A stretch of DNA of 48,875 nt, counting the filler, from Sphacelaria rigidula (lineage: Eukaryota), in NCBI GenBank assembly GCA_964200075.2. It is 3 parts of 3 records of this genome, joined end to end, with 100 filler letters (N's around TTAATTAATTAA, not from the genome) between each part and the next. Parts side by side here need not be neighbours in the genome. Positions count along the whole stretch, not along the records: positions 1 to 16,227 come from CAXNAA020001435.1; positions 16,328 to 32,552 come from CAXNAA020001436.1; 1 more part is not named here. The stretch is one strand, 5' to 3'. The translations under genes were made by a program, and so were the position numbers. The notes beneath the pieces are model-generated. The model saw nothing but the letters and a program-made list of their open reading frames with translations, was not told the DNA's origin and did not search any database. How positions within the stretch are numbered: position 1 is the first letter of the stretch; each line of letters opens with the position of its first letter. Of the stretch, positions 11,501 through 23,410 are shown in pieces.

Positions 11501-13262
11501 GTATACGTTTTGACAGCATTCCCCCCCCCCCCCTTCCCTCCTCCCAAACATACACATACAGGGAGGGAAATGCGGGACGTGAACGAAGGTGGTATGAAAT
11601 CGTGTGATGCATTAGACAGTAGCGAAAAAGCGATGGCTATACTAGGAGATAAATGGTGGCCACAGACGGCGAAACAGGACGGGGATAATACACGTGAAAG
11701 GTTTTGTGTGCTGTATGGAGGAAACGTCGTGAGCACCTAAGCGTTGGAGGTGTCTCTGTTAGGAGTAGGAACGGTGCTCTGTCTCGAAACGGATGCGTAG
11801 TCAAAGGTCAAACGATTAAGGCAAGCAACAAATGGGTACGCCCTCCTTCCCCCCTAACATGAAATATCGCCGCCACATTTCGTAGGTACTTGTATCGCCT
11901 CACTGAAAGGAGTCGGATCCATATTTTCCGATAGGCGAGACTGCTGGGTTTCGCAACGGCTACCCACCAAAATCCGACTGGAAGTGAACATTCCCGTTGT
12001 GGTCGATGCGCTACAGTTTGATCAAGACGTGAACGCGTACGCTGCCCCCTTTCCTCCCTCCTGCGTTCCCTGCCCCTCCACCGCCCACCCTAATCTCTTT
12101 CTCCACCAGCTGTTCTCGACGCAGCCACCGTGCAAGGCCGTCTGTCCTTCTTGACCCCAACAGTCATAGAATGGCGATTTTCGTCGCCGTCTGTCGCCAA
12201 ACCCCGTCCGCCATCCACGCCCGCCATCACAACCGACAAATCCACCACGTTCAGCGACGAGCGACCACAGACACGCGAACGACAACGTCTGCACGGACAA
12301 GACGGAGAAGGAGGAGGAGGAGAGAACATACGTGCACAGGCGGCACCAGTGTCGGAACCGCCGCCGCCGCCGCCGCTGCTGGCGGAGGATCGCCCCCGGT
12401 GGTTGCACTGGCGTCGATTAGGCCTGGGCAGCGGGGGCGACGGTAGTGAAGACGGCCGTGGGAGAGTCGGTAATGAGCCTTATCGTTTGGGGGGAACACG
12501 GCGATCTGGAGGGAAGAGCAAGGACGCCGCGGCGGCGGTAGCGCGGCCGGTGCGATACGTGGCTGTAGTAGTGCCGGTGGGTTCGGCGCAAACGAGGGTG
12601 TTCGCGAGGTGAGAGTGCTGCACCGCTTTGATGTGATCGGCGTTGTTCTGGGTGGTGGTGTGTCAAATGTAAAGGCAGTAAAAAAAAAGTTTACTATTTT
12701 AGCCAACAAGAAAACTGCGATCCACAATCATTTCTCCCTTGAGTAGTTCTCTTTTTGTGTTGTTTTTTCTTTGGTCAACTGGACGTAGATATATACACCG
12801 GATCGGAAGTTTGGGACGTGGGTACTTCATTTTTGTTATTGTGGCTACATTGAATGAGGCGGGGTCACTAGAAGGAGGTCATTCAATTTCATGTGCGCTC
12901 CACTTTGTAGCAGGAGTGACTTTGCTGCTTGTTGATATGGCAGTGGACAAGCTGGTTTGGTGTGTAATCTCTGCAAGTTTGAATCTCACGATAAAGTTGT
13001 ACACTGCTCTAGTCGTGTTCATTTCCCCGCCCCCCGCGCTCGCAGGCTCGAGACGGAACCTGCCGGTTTATTGGGTGGCGCGGCCTCGAGATGGTCTCGA
13101 CGCATCCGATTATCTCTGCTAGCTGATGCCATTTGCAATGTTGCCACGGCCGCCTCCGCCGGGCACGATGCTGGAGAACGACCCAAGGAGGCGCCGCCGG
13201 TTTCCTCCTCGGTGGTGAATGATTGGCTAGCGAAAAGGATCAAGAATGGTCCTCCTTTTTAA
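1324..13262 (+). CDS. 8-exon gene: putative plastid-targeted protein with a long low-complexity/amphipathic N-terminus and a C-terminal degenerate PAO/Tic55-like Rieske oxygenase module; join(1324..2534,6015..6262,7114..8845,9254..9326,9861..10101,10836..11330,12110..12608,13046..13262), 4716 nt, ~1571 aa
   Basis: All 7 introns are GT-AG and the phases match (2,1,2,0,1,1,2). The spliced frame is open to TAA at 13260-13262. C-terminal motifs in PAO order: WERQWYPIALVDDLP..PVRFQVLGR, IPIREASGLLWAW, IEREISCSYVDAVRGLTAPSH, LSFLTP, VVPVGSAQTRVFAR, SRWSRRIR, VVNDWLAKRIKNGPPF. Confidence 0.8.
3265..4330. repeat. Three diverged tandem units of ~330-350 bp
   Basis: Blocks GGGAT(G/T)AAA..(T)CCCC...TTGGC(G/A)A(T/C)GCCG(T/A)ACTCGACG recur near 3345-3425, 3683-3765 and 4032-4115. 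Confidence 0.75.
5175..5694 (-). pseudogene. pogo-like transposase 5' remnant (psq-type HTH, CENP-B/Tc5 HTH, first DDE aspartate)
   Basis: MKRVKVDPERATETVEAVRSGRMTF..SLQKRV, GPGTVLSRWEE, GRKWLGLFLRRHP, WNTDETG. In-frame stop at 5389-5391 and a frameshift near 5280. Confidence 0.8.
6015..6262 (+). CDS. Gene 1 exon 2
   Basis: Acceptor ACAG|C matches phase 2 from exon 1; donor G|GTGATT; repeats the LxP(L/I)H...LS..RV.KAV motif of exon 1. Confidence 0.75.
7114..8845 (+). CDS. Gene 1 exon 3 (long Ser/Thr/Ala/Glu-rich low-complexity region ending ICWERQW)
   Basis: Within ORF 6984..8849; in-phase acceptors allow starts at 7114, 7117 or 7126; donor TG|GTGAGT at 8846. Confidence 0.8.
9254..9326 (+). 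CDS. Gene 1 exon 4 (WYPIALVDDLPRRWPGGGTTPVRFQ; start of the Rieske-like fold)
   Basis: CAG|G acceptor completes TGG; donor CAG|GTTTGT; resembles PAO WYPVSLVEDL..PTPFQ. Confidence 0.8.
9861..10101 (+). CDS. Gene 1 exon 5 (VLGRV...IPIREASGLLWAWMDTSPE)
   Basis: TTTAG| acceptor, G|GTACTG donor; ends with a Rieske-domain C-terminal strand motif. Confidence 0.8.
10836..11330 (+). CDS. Gene 1 exon 6
   Basis: CACAG| acceptor, G|GTGAGC donor; lies in ORF 10604..11479; contains a degenerate ENxxDxxH-like segment (RGLTAPSH). Confidence 0.75.
12110..12608 (+). CDS. Gene 1 exon 7
   Basis: CCCTAAT branch-like site plus pyrimidine tract and CCAG| acceptor; AG|GTGAGA donor; frame of ORF 12130..12612. Confidence 0.75.
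13046..13262 (+). CDS. Gene 1 exon 8 (terminal)
   Basis: CGCAG|G acceptor matches phase 2; ends VVNDWLAKRIKNGPPF*, resembling the PAO C-terminal FRNWLRRHG..P segment. Confidence 0.75.
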
Positions 13263-15589
13263 TGGCATCTTTGCTGTCCTTTCCCCCTGCCCCCCCTCCC
13301 TCCCTACTCTTGGGCAGAGTCCGCCGTTTCTCAGTACATGTTGTAATTGTAACATCGTTGAATGTACAGTAGAGCGAGTTTTCGCATTTCACGGTCGACG
13401 GCCACCGAGGGTACTAGTGGCGCGCGTTGAAGATGTACGCGGCGTAGCCCTCCAGAGAACCAGTGGCTGCTGACGCGCCATCCAGGGGATGTTCATATTT
13501 TGCACTTTTTTTTGTTTCTTGTTGTTGTTTTCGTGTTGGACATGTCTATTATTTGTTACTACGGCTGATTCGTTGATTCTGAGGGGAAACTAGGCGGCTT
13601 GCCATCAGAGGCTTACTCTTACTTCCTACATTATGGGCTCGGCGTTCTGAGCGGAACTGAGGTCACAAGCAGAACGCCTCGTCCTCCTCCTCTCTTCCCA
13701 GCCTTGAAAAAGGAGTCCCATTTTCTGGGTCGTTTTCCAGAGGAGCTCCGTTGCACTCCCGGAGGGATTTCCAGGTATATCCGGGCCAGGCCTCAGTTTC
13801 ATCATTTTCCGTCAGTGTACTGTACGGACATTCGCAGTAGGGTGCGCATGGCTCCGAGCGGAGCTTGCATGCATGCACAGGCTTGCGGGTGCCTTGGGGC
13901 GGAACCTTGCCTGGGTTGGAGTTTCGACGACTGTTCCTGTGATGATTGATTATAGGCGGGGGCGGTGGAGGCGGGGGGGGTGTACTCATTATCATGCATG
14001 CCATAGTCATGGCGGAGGCGGGGGGGGGGAGGCAATAGCGCAAAAGTAGGATACCGTCATGTTAATCAGTGAATGTATGACAAATCATGGTACACAGGAG
14101 ATGGTGTTGGCGAAGGATATTACGTACAGAGCGTCCAGGGAACGATATCTTGGATGGTTGAGTACATTACCACTTGTGATGCATACTTGGCATAATTTTC
14201 AAGTTAAATTTTTTTCACCAAAAAAAGTCCCCCACGCGGCCAAGATACTCGTGTACCAGAAAAAGTTGAGGGAGATTATTGCAACAGAACGACCCTTCGC
14301 TGCCCACGTGTGTGAAGGCCGGAGTTGACGAAAAAATCGCCCTTGAAAAACTGAATACCCTGGGTGATAAACGAAGTACCCCGTTTAGCACCCGCAGTAG
14401 ATTCGCACAGTACAGTTCATCTATGGTCTATCCCGCTTGATTGTATTACGTGCCTGTTGGTGTTCTAGCCTTGGTGGAGAGAATGTTCTATGTTTTCGAG
14501 TTTTTTTCTGTCTCTCTTGGTACGCGTGATTGAGCTGACTGTAGAACCTGTGTACGGCTAGATAATGGCGAAACAAGCGGATGTACCCCAGCCGCCCTGC
14601 ACTCGATTAGGAATTCTCGGGTGCTGTGTGTGTTTTTGGTGGGGGTGTAAGATTGCATCTGGTTGCCTAGCGGCAGCATGTGAAAAATCAGGGCGCAACG
14701 CGGCCTCTTTTGTCCTTCAGTATGTTTTGTGTGTTATTATTGTGGCAATGTGAGTAGTTTATTGAAGCACATACTGGGGGGCGAGACGGAGGCGCAACGT
14801 GTTGTCTATCTAGGAGGAAAATGAGATGGACGCATGAAGATTGCTGGGGGGGGCATCTTTTGCACGCTAGTCGATTTTCGCACATGTTGTAGCTGTTGCG
14901 TGTAGGCGACTTACTGTAGCACAAGTTGTTCAGGTCATTTTTTTCATTTCCCCAGGAACCTGCCAACGCCGTGATGGAGGATAGACTAGATGCAGAATAC
15001 CTACCTTCGTGTGCATACAAGGGATACGAATACCGACTTCTGATGGGCTTCACAGCGGCGTGTGTCGGAAACCTTTTATTTTGTTTTTTTTCCCACTCGC
15101 GGGTGAAAACGTGTTTTAAGCAGAAACAGTTGTCACAGTACTCCCCGGACCCTTTTTTCGTTCATGTTCTTCGAGGTCTATTAGTGTTTCCATGTTTTTC
15201 CTACGGTTTTATACAGGATTCGTTGGATCGGATCCACAGGGTGGATGATCGGTTGACCGTTGGGGAGGGAGAGAGATCTTCACGTAGCGTCTTTTCCATT
15301 TATGTATACAGTCGTGAGCTGTATATTGCGTTTCTTCATGAGTCATAGTTGAAAGCTCCCGTTATGCCGGGCCAGTTGGAATCAGTCGTCATCACGTCCC
15401 CAGAAAACGGTTTGCCACCGTTGGTATTGTGAAGCCAGCCCTCTCCTTGTGTCGAAAAAAATCAGGGTAACAAAATATAATTGTACAAAAACCCCCTAAG
15501 TTTTTCACCATGGTGGCCTCAGATCGCACTGCTGCTGCACTACTGTATACCGTTAGCAAGCGCGAATTTCCGGTCTCTTGCAGTGCTTT

Positions 15590-15797
15590 TCACGGGATTT
15601 TTTTTTCATTATTTTTTTGTTTTAGTACTCTCACCTGGAAGGCCAACACGGGATTTTTTATTTTTTATTTTGTTCCAGTACTCTACCTTGAAGGCCAACA
15701 CAGGAATTTTCCATTTTTATTTTGTTCCAGTACTCTACCTAGAAGGCCAACACACGATTTTTTCCATTTTTACTTTGTTTTTAGTATACTCCACCTT
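15590..15797. repeat. 52-53-bp tandem repeat (3+ units, AGTACTCT..GAAGGCCAACAC core)
   Basis: Units begin at about 15619, 15672 and 15724; a single related unit lies near 48590. Confidence 0.85.
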
Positions 15798-16227
15798 CCT
15801 TCTGTGGGGCTTGGTTTGGGGAGGCAAACTCTACTTGCACTCCAAAATGAAAGAAGAGTAGTTGGGAACTCCCAAGCCTGGGGTTGTTTTCGCCAGTGTC
15901 GCTCATATGAGGCGCCCCACGCAGTCTGAACTTGCTATCACGCGCTGTATGGTCATTTTCTTCGTGTCAGTTTTGGGATTGGTTCGTGGCGGGGGAGGGG
16001 GGCGGAAGCTGTCGCGGCATCATTCAAGCGCTGTTGCTGTTCCTTTTCCCGCCGTGCCCCGGTGGTGTAATTAGAACACAGCTGAAAACAAGAACGTGGG
16101 GAAATTGCACACCCTGAACATGATATGGTCAACAGAGAGTTTCGGAAAACAAACTTTCACGGTTAGGACAAATCATCACGACTCAAAATCACCAAATTCA
16201 CGATTTCTTCGGCCTGATTGCCCAATA

Positions 16228-16327
16228 NNNNNNNNNNNNNNNNNNNNNNNNNNNNNNNNNNNNNNNNNNNNTTAATTAATTAANNNNNNNNNNNNNNNNN
16301 NNNNNNNNNNNNNNNNNNNNNNNNNNN
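16228..16327. other. Artificial contig-join spacer N44-TTAATTAATTAA-N44
   Basis: 100-nt symmetric spacer with a six-frame stop linker; identical to 32553-32652. Confidence 0.95.
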
Positions 16328-17730
16328 GTGCGAATGAAGGGCGGGAAATATGTCCACTTCACTCATACCGTATCAATGAATGGGGGGGGGGGCGTACTCA
16401 TTTGTTGCTTGCCTTAGTCGTTTGACCATTGGATGGGGGGGGGGGCATGCACGTACGATTGATGCCCCACGAATGGAGAGCAAGAAACATGTACTCATGG
16501 TTCCTCAAGTTGCCGTGGATCGACGTGTAATGTTTCCGTTTTGGGCCCAGAAACAGGGTGCGAGGCAAACAAACGAACATGAAATGTCCGACAATATTTC
16601 CGAGGTAAATCACGGTACTGATCAATGAATGAATTGGACGTGTCGTACACCACCGATCCGCTGCGAATCTAGCCCTCGTCACAAGGTAGACTCTCTCTTG
16701 TGGTGAACGCACGGAACACTCGCTAATACTGCTCAGGGACCAGAACCCGATCTCCGAACGACTGCCAATTTGATGGAGGGCGTGGGGGAGGCTGAGAATA
16801 TGCTCAGGGGTCAAAACATCTCAGACGTCAGGGTGACTGACGTCCAGATAAATCTATATAATTGCTTCAAAGGGAGTGAAGAGATGCGAGACCCTCCTCC
16901 TTGCGTGAGGGCTTGGGCTTGCGTGAGGGCTTCGATATCCCGTGGACATTGACCGTCGTTATTCGAAACATGATTATGTCGCGGAAGTGATATATTAAGA
17001 GCATTTCGTTACTCGTACATCCAAGCTTACGGCAGTGCTCTCATGACTATTGCAAGCAAAATCATGACACCCTCCTCCCCACGCCGCTCCTTTCCCTCTA
17101 AAAGTAATACTTTTCGATGTTAGAAGCTACCACTACAGGCTGATTCACGCCTATGTGTCAAACTTCTCTCATACGCGTATGCTTACGCCGATTCTTTAAT
17201 CAATACTCTGAGAACTTCCACGCATACACTACGATTCACTACGATTTTTTTCAAGGACATGATTCCTCATTCATTCTTTCATTTTTTCGCCAGCTATGGG
17301 GGGTCCCAGGATTTGGGGGATCACACGCTCATCTAGGACACCAGATATATAGCAAAAAAAAAAATCCTTCGAAAGTTTCGTAGTGGCCCTCAGTACATGT
17401 GTACAAGCGTCAGAGTCTAAACTCCGAGAAACGGCATGAGCATTTGCGCCTTCGTGCGATGAAGTGAGCTGGAAAGCTACAAATCCCCAACTACTTGGTG
17501 TCAGTTAAGAAATGATTTTTAGGGTCTATACGCCGTTTACACGACCCCATGACATCAGTTATTGAATTTCACCACAAAAAATTGTTCAAATAAATGTTCC
17601 TTGGACTCATCCGGAACGTGTGCATCCCTTTCTCTTAGGCATCATTCGAATGCTTTTGAGGGGCTTTCCGCCGGTGTCACCGGAAGTCGCAAAGAGCGAA
17701 GAATCTTTAAAATATTTTCCTACTATATTT

Positions 17731-18528
17731 CCTCTGACACATAAGTTAGCTCGATAATGGTGCGCAGATCATATCTTTCGAACGGAAGAGTGTGCGATGT
17801 CATTTTTAGGTTTATTGCAAAGGTTCAGTCACGAAGATGCTCATGAAAAAAAACGAAAAAAAATCCGAGTTGTTATTATTGAGAATCTGTGGGGTCAAAT
17901 GCCCTACTTTGGCCAATATTTTGGGAATCTTTCGAGAACGTTCTTGGGGATGTTTTTCAGATTGTTTTTAGAACTCTTGAATGAAAGCCCATATCCCGCC
18001 CCCCTCCGTGGCACAACCACGATGGAGACCGTAAGCACCCCCCCCGCGTCGCCAGCGGAGCGTTGAGGTGTCATTGGACCGCCGCTATGCCCTGGCGATG
18101 GAGGTAGCGCTGGTCATTCCTCCAGGCAAAGTAAGGCTGCCCAAAGGCGTTTCAGGTGTTGACCCTGAATACCCCGTACAGCTATGGAAAAGCTGCAAAG
18201 CACAGGTCGAAGGCACCCAGGAGCTTGACCTCTCAAACAAATTTCCTAGCGGGTGGCCGTCGCTGCTTACTCCAACGAAGAAGGCGGCACTGCGGGTGGT
18301 GATTTGGTGTATTTTTACCCCCGGAAAAGGGACGATATATGGCTTTTTGGGGCCGGCTGATTTATATTGGGCCGCTTGCCCATGCAGGAGGCTACGCAAA
18401 CAAAGAAAGAAAAATAAAAGGGTTTCGACTCGAAAAACAACAATAATTCTAAAAATATCATCGCTAACGGTATCGGATACGGTCAAGGACCCGTGTAAAC
18501 GTAATCGAGCTAATTTATGTGTCAGGGG
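17731..18528. mobile_element. MITE-like element with imperfect TIRs
   Basis: CCTCTGACACATAAGTTAGCTCGAT (17731-17755) inverted to ATCGAGCTAATTTATGTGTCAGGGG (18504-18528); inverted similarity continues inward (GCGATGTCATTTTTAGGTTTATTG). Confidence 0.65.
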
Positions 18529-18540
18529 GTGTGTATACAT

Positions 18541-19009
18541 ATAACACTATATTCGTGAGATTCAGAGGGTAGTTTCAGATTCAGAGTGGATGCTCTAGCG
18601 TCCCTAACAGAGAACTTTTTTTTTTTTTGCTTGAGCACACGTGCTGTGCATGCAGCTACCGTACAGTACCCCATTCGAGGAATTCGGCGGTCTGGTTGGT
18701 GAGATACCGCTCAAAGCATTTTTACGCCTGGGGGGGCATTTCGGAACCGAAACTAGTTCAGGCACTGATCAGTTTTTCCTGAAAGAGGGGATCTTCTGTT
18801 GGAATGGACTGACTATGTCGTTGCGATCAAGTGATGTATCAAATTGATCGTGTAGGTGACAGCTTTAATGGAGGCCACCGCTTCACCAGCTGGGCGCATT
18901 GCATTACTCCTCGAACTGGGGCGATGTCAACATCGACGGGAAAGTCGATTGTTTCGGGTCTCACTCTGAATCTGAAACTACGTTATGAATATCACGAATA
19001 TAGTGTTAT
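18541..19009. mobile_element. MITE with 48-bp TIRs
   Basis: 18541-18588 vs 18962-19009, 44/48 identical as an inverted repeat. Confidence 0.75.
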
Positions 19010-22000
19010 TTATGTATTGCTTCGAGGACCAATATTTACCGAGTTTGAGGGCGGTCAGGGCTTTTCTAAGATAAATAAAAGGGAAACCATCTTGGGGGCT
19101 TCTGGGCCTATGGTGCTGTCATCAGTCGAAATCCACGACGCTTAAACCCCACATCAACGAAATACCATGATGGTTTGCGGTAAATTCGACCCCATAGTTC
19201 AACCGGTTTCAATTACCCTCCCCGCTAGATTCCTGATCTGACGGTGGCTACTACAATTTCAAGCATATGGAGACTGGGTAGAAATTGAGTTGGGAATTGC
19301 GATTTCTAATTTGAGAACAACTTCAAGGTCGCTGATTGGTCGGCGTACCTGTTCGCCCTCAGCGCCACCGCTATGGCTTTTTAATGAACAAAAATTCGGC
19401 TAAGTCACCCTCTTTTGTTGTCCACGGCGGCCAGTATGATATCGCGCACATTATGCGACTATTTAGAAGGCATTGCGAAATGTATTTCCTCATATAAGTG
19501 CATTTGGGGTGAAGACTGCACCAGCGTGTATGCGAGTCCTTTTTTTCAAACTTCACGAGCATCCTCGCGTCAACACAAAAACGCGCGTTTGCAAAGTTCT
19601 CTGCTGAAAGATGATGCCGCGCGCCATCGACCACGACTGTTATTGTAGTACCACTGTACTTTCAGTAGCAAGTACACACTAGTAACGCAAGCTATTGGCA
19701 GTTTTCACGCTGCTGGTCGGGGTCGTTTTACCTTTCTCCGTGATGACGGATCATGAAAGCCGTACGTACGAGTGATGACTTTCTCAACCATAATTTTCTC
19801 GATAATCCACGCTCCACTGAATGTGCACCTTGAACTTGCGACAGGGAGAATCGAGACCCTGCAACTGTCGGTGGATCGTGGCCCCATGGCCGCCGCATGT
19901 GTCGAGAAAATCTAGAGGCTTTGCCGTCTTCTTCGGTATACATGTACGAAATCCAACCAATGGACGAGGTCGGGTGTGGTATCGTGGAGATAACTCAGCC
20001 TAAATATATACACGCGCTGTGCATGCTCATAACCATCACCCGACGCCATGCAATTTATTCTCATGGAGTGCCCCAAACCCTGTACTTGACGCATGATATA
20101 CAACTATCCTCCCTACTTCTCACCCGCCGGAATCTGTAGCGGCTGCAGACGAAGGATTCGGCCCATCATCCAAATGCACGAAGCAAACGGTGGGCACGCC
20201 TAGGGGGAAGGGCGGGTCTATGGTAAGATCACCCATCTCAAGAGCCTGGTCGCCTGCTATAGCTAGTGAAACACATGCCGTGCCTTGTCAACTGGTGATA
20301 CCAACCCAGCCTCGGGGCCAAGCATGCAAGCTAGTAGCTGCATCCAGACGGCGACAAAACCGTTTTCTGTACGACTGCCACAATTGTGTCCGCATACATC
20401 CAGAAGTCTCCAAAATCAATGTCGCGATCTGTGAGCCTCCTGCGCCTGCGAAAGCAGTAGCAGCAGCCCACCGTTTGAATGGGTAGATCCATTTTCGAAT
20501 GGGTGGATCCATTTTCGGCCTTTGTGCCGGTTCAACCAAAGTGTAACCGTCAAGAAATGGGGGTGTTATGCACCGTATGCAGAGAGTTGTGATGCGTAGA
20601 TGCATCCCGCCTTCAACAGACGCTGCGCACACCATAAGGAACGCTCTTCACCTTGTTAGTTCGCAGCGTCACAGACGCGCAGCCCCGGGGATTGCAACTA
20701 CTCTTACACACGACGCGAGAGAAAGCAGGGAAGCTAGAGAGAAAAAGAGGGCGAGAGGGAGAGCTGCCGAGACGCCATCGGACAATACTAGACCCTGAAG
20801 TGGACGGCCGCAATCGCTGTTTCGTTGGTGAGACGGTCGATAGTTTGGAAATGGTGGTCACACAGCCCTCTTCGCACTAATGTACTGTTGTCACTGGGGC
20901 TCTTGGTCAAACAGTTTGGCCGCACTTGGAGGAAGTTTGCCTTGCCCCCGCTGGTTAATATATAGCACGCAATGTAGGGATGAAGGATCAGTACGGTGAG
21001 GACCATGAGATCATGCCCCCTCAGCCAAACAGATACGCCCGTGTCCATCGACGATTAGAACATCGCCGTCCTTCGCTACCCTCATTTCGGAAGCATTTGG
21101 CACGGAAAAAATAACGTTCTCAACATTCAAGGCTGCAGATGACTAGCTATGGCTCACTTGCTGTTGCGCGCGGTGTACTGCCGGGGGTACTTGGTGACTG
21201 CCGCTGTCGTACGAGTACTTGCATTGCCTAGAATGCAGTTATCTCCGTCCATAGGCACCTCACCCCCCTGGTATACCGTACCGCGCGGTGCTGTACTACT
21301 TGTACGCATAGCTGCAGGAGTGTAGGAAGAGAAGTTCAGCGAGCCACCCCATCCCACACACACCCCGGCAGCTGCATGTAGCTGATTGTTCGATGGCTGT
21401 GCACCTTTCAAATGATGTGTTTGTCGACGATGTTCACGACATTGTTTTACATCAACGGGCGATGCGTTTGTGTTTGGAGAGTACTGAGCCGCGAAGCATC
21501 GTCGCAAGATTCTAGAAGCGTTGTTCTGTTGAGAGCGCACTGCGCCATGAAGCTTCTTCGCAAGATCTGAGTTCAAATAATGATGTGTCTTGTGTCTGCA
21601 TCACCATTTTCTAGACCCTCCCGCGTGCCACTGCGACATTTTTTTGGCCTAAACGCTGTTTTACCCCCTACCCTTTCTGTACACTGCCGCCTGTACTGCT
21701 GTGACCTGCAAACCCGCACGACAGTCAGTACCGTACTGACCGTAACACCAGTACACATCAGCAAGGCCTGTGTACGTTCATCCCTTATTTGACAGGGTGT
21801 GTGTTTGTAAGCACAACGTGCATGCTATGACCTTGAACCAGCAACGGGCGTCAGACCTCGAGAGCCCTAGAAGTGATCTCGACCGACTTTCACTGTATAC
21901 CATACTGCAGGAAGCATGTTAGCGCAAAGCCCACCGCTCGTCAATGCCAAGCAGGAGAGAGCGGCAAGCACAACAGTACGGCACAGTACACTTGAAAGTC

Positions 22001-23410
22001 CAGCGCCTTGCACGTGAAACACAAGAGAGACAAAACAGATTGTGGCGCATTGCACTGCATGTGACATATTCGATAGTCATGGGTACCCCTGTGCATCATA
22101 CTTGCGCATCTGCGTTATGACATCTTACGTTCGTGCGTTTCGATGACCTACAATTGGTATAATAGCGAGTACCGTGTACTACTGTTTGTGCAGTGACTTG
22201 ACAGAGCCGCAGCTGGATATCACGTTTCGCAAACCGCCACGATGAGGATTGCAATCAGACAGCCCAATGTACACACTCAGCGCATCCACCTGTCTTCCTT
22301 TCAAGCCACGTGTTGACATGCTGCTATTAATAGGCCTTGATTCCAGACATTGCTTGAAAACTGACATGTATGACGCAATTATTGTCGATCGTGATATATT
22401 TTTCAAATATGAAACACATGAGTGCAAACGGAGGAAATATGATGAATGCAATACGGCATTTCCTTTTGGAATATGAACTATTCTCGTCAGAACTTGAAGC
22501 CTGTCAAACTTTCGACACTTCATTTGTTGAAGACGATATATCGCGAATTTCTCGCTGTTCAAGGCTGGCGGATGGCGTTGGCGCAATTCCAAAAAGGGCC
22601 ATAGATAATAGTGGGTCGACCCGCGTCATTTCAGCCACAAGGGGATCTAGGTGAGACACATGTGCGGGCTTAGTCCGTACTTCTCTGAAATCAATCGTCA
22701 TCCATTCCTTACGCGAAGGCAAGTCGACCATAGCCTAGGTAAAGCACGGGAGTCGACTTTCACGGACTCTCGGGTGCGCCTGCGGACGAAACAGCGCCGC
22801 CGGCATCAAGGGCTGCGCGGTAGGTCTCCTTCGGTCCGAGAACGGGGTGGGATGACCCACTGCCATATACTATTCAAATCTTTACCCCCTTTTTCCATGG
22901 GTAGACCCTGTTGTTGCCAAAAGTGGACCCGCTGTGACCACTCTCCGCCCCTCAAAACCACCCCTCTACACCACGTAGGGCAGAACATCACAGGGTCTAA
23001 AAAATCTCCGCTAAAACATCTCCGCCGATCTCTCCGCAGCCTGCAGGAATCCCCCGCACACACATCAGACCCCATCGGAATGTCGAGCTGGTCGCTATCT
23101 CCCGGAACAAGGGGAAAGGCCGGAAACGATCTCACATTTTGTGTTTCTGCAACTGTTGCAGAGACCCCAACGGAACCCAACCGGCCGAGAATGCTGTAGG
23201 AGGCGTGACTGTTTTGGACGGAGAATTTCCTTTCTTCACCGGACAGTGTTCAGACTTGAGTGTCGAGATATGTCGGCCGTCGCAGGATCAGGATTCACTC
23301 GACCCGTTGGAAACCCTCCACACCCTCCCCTTCCGTTCCCGGGCCTATTTCCAGGGTTATACACGTTACACGTTCACGTTCCGTTACGTGTGTCACGTCA
23401 ACAAAAATTA

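Noticed and set aside
15590-15797. CRISPR-like repeat-spacer pattern
   Set aside because: The apparent spacers are similar T-rich sequences, so this is a plain 52-53-bp tandem repeat.
16272-16283. TTAATTAATTAA as a biological site (PacI site or piggyBac TSD)
   Set aside because: It is centred in symmetric N runs and repeated identically at 32597-32608; it is an assembly linker.
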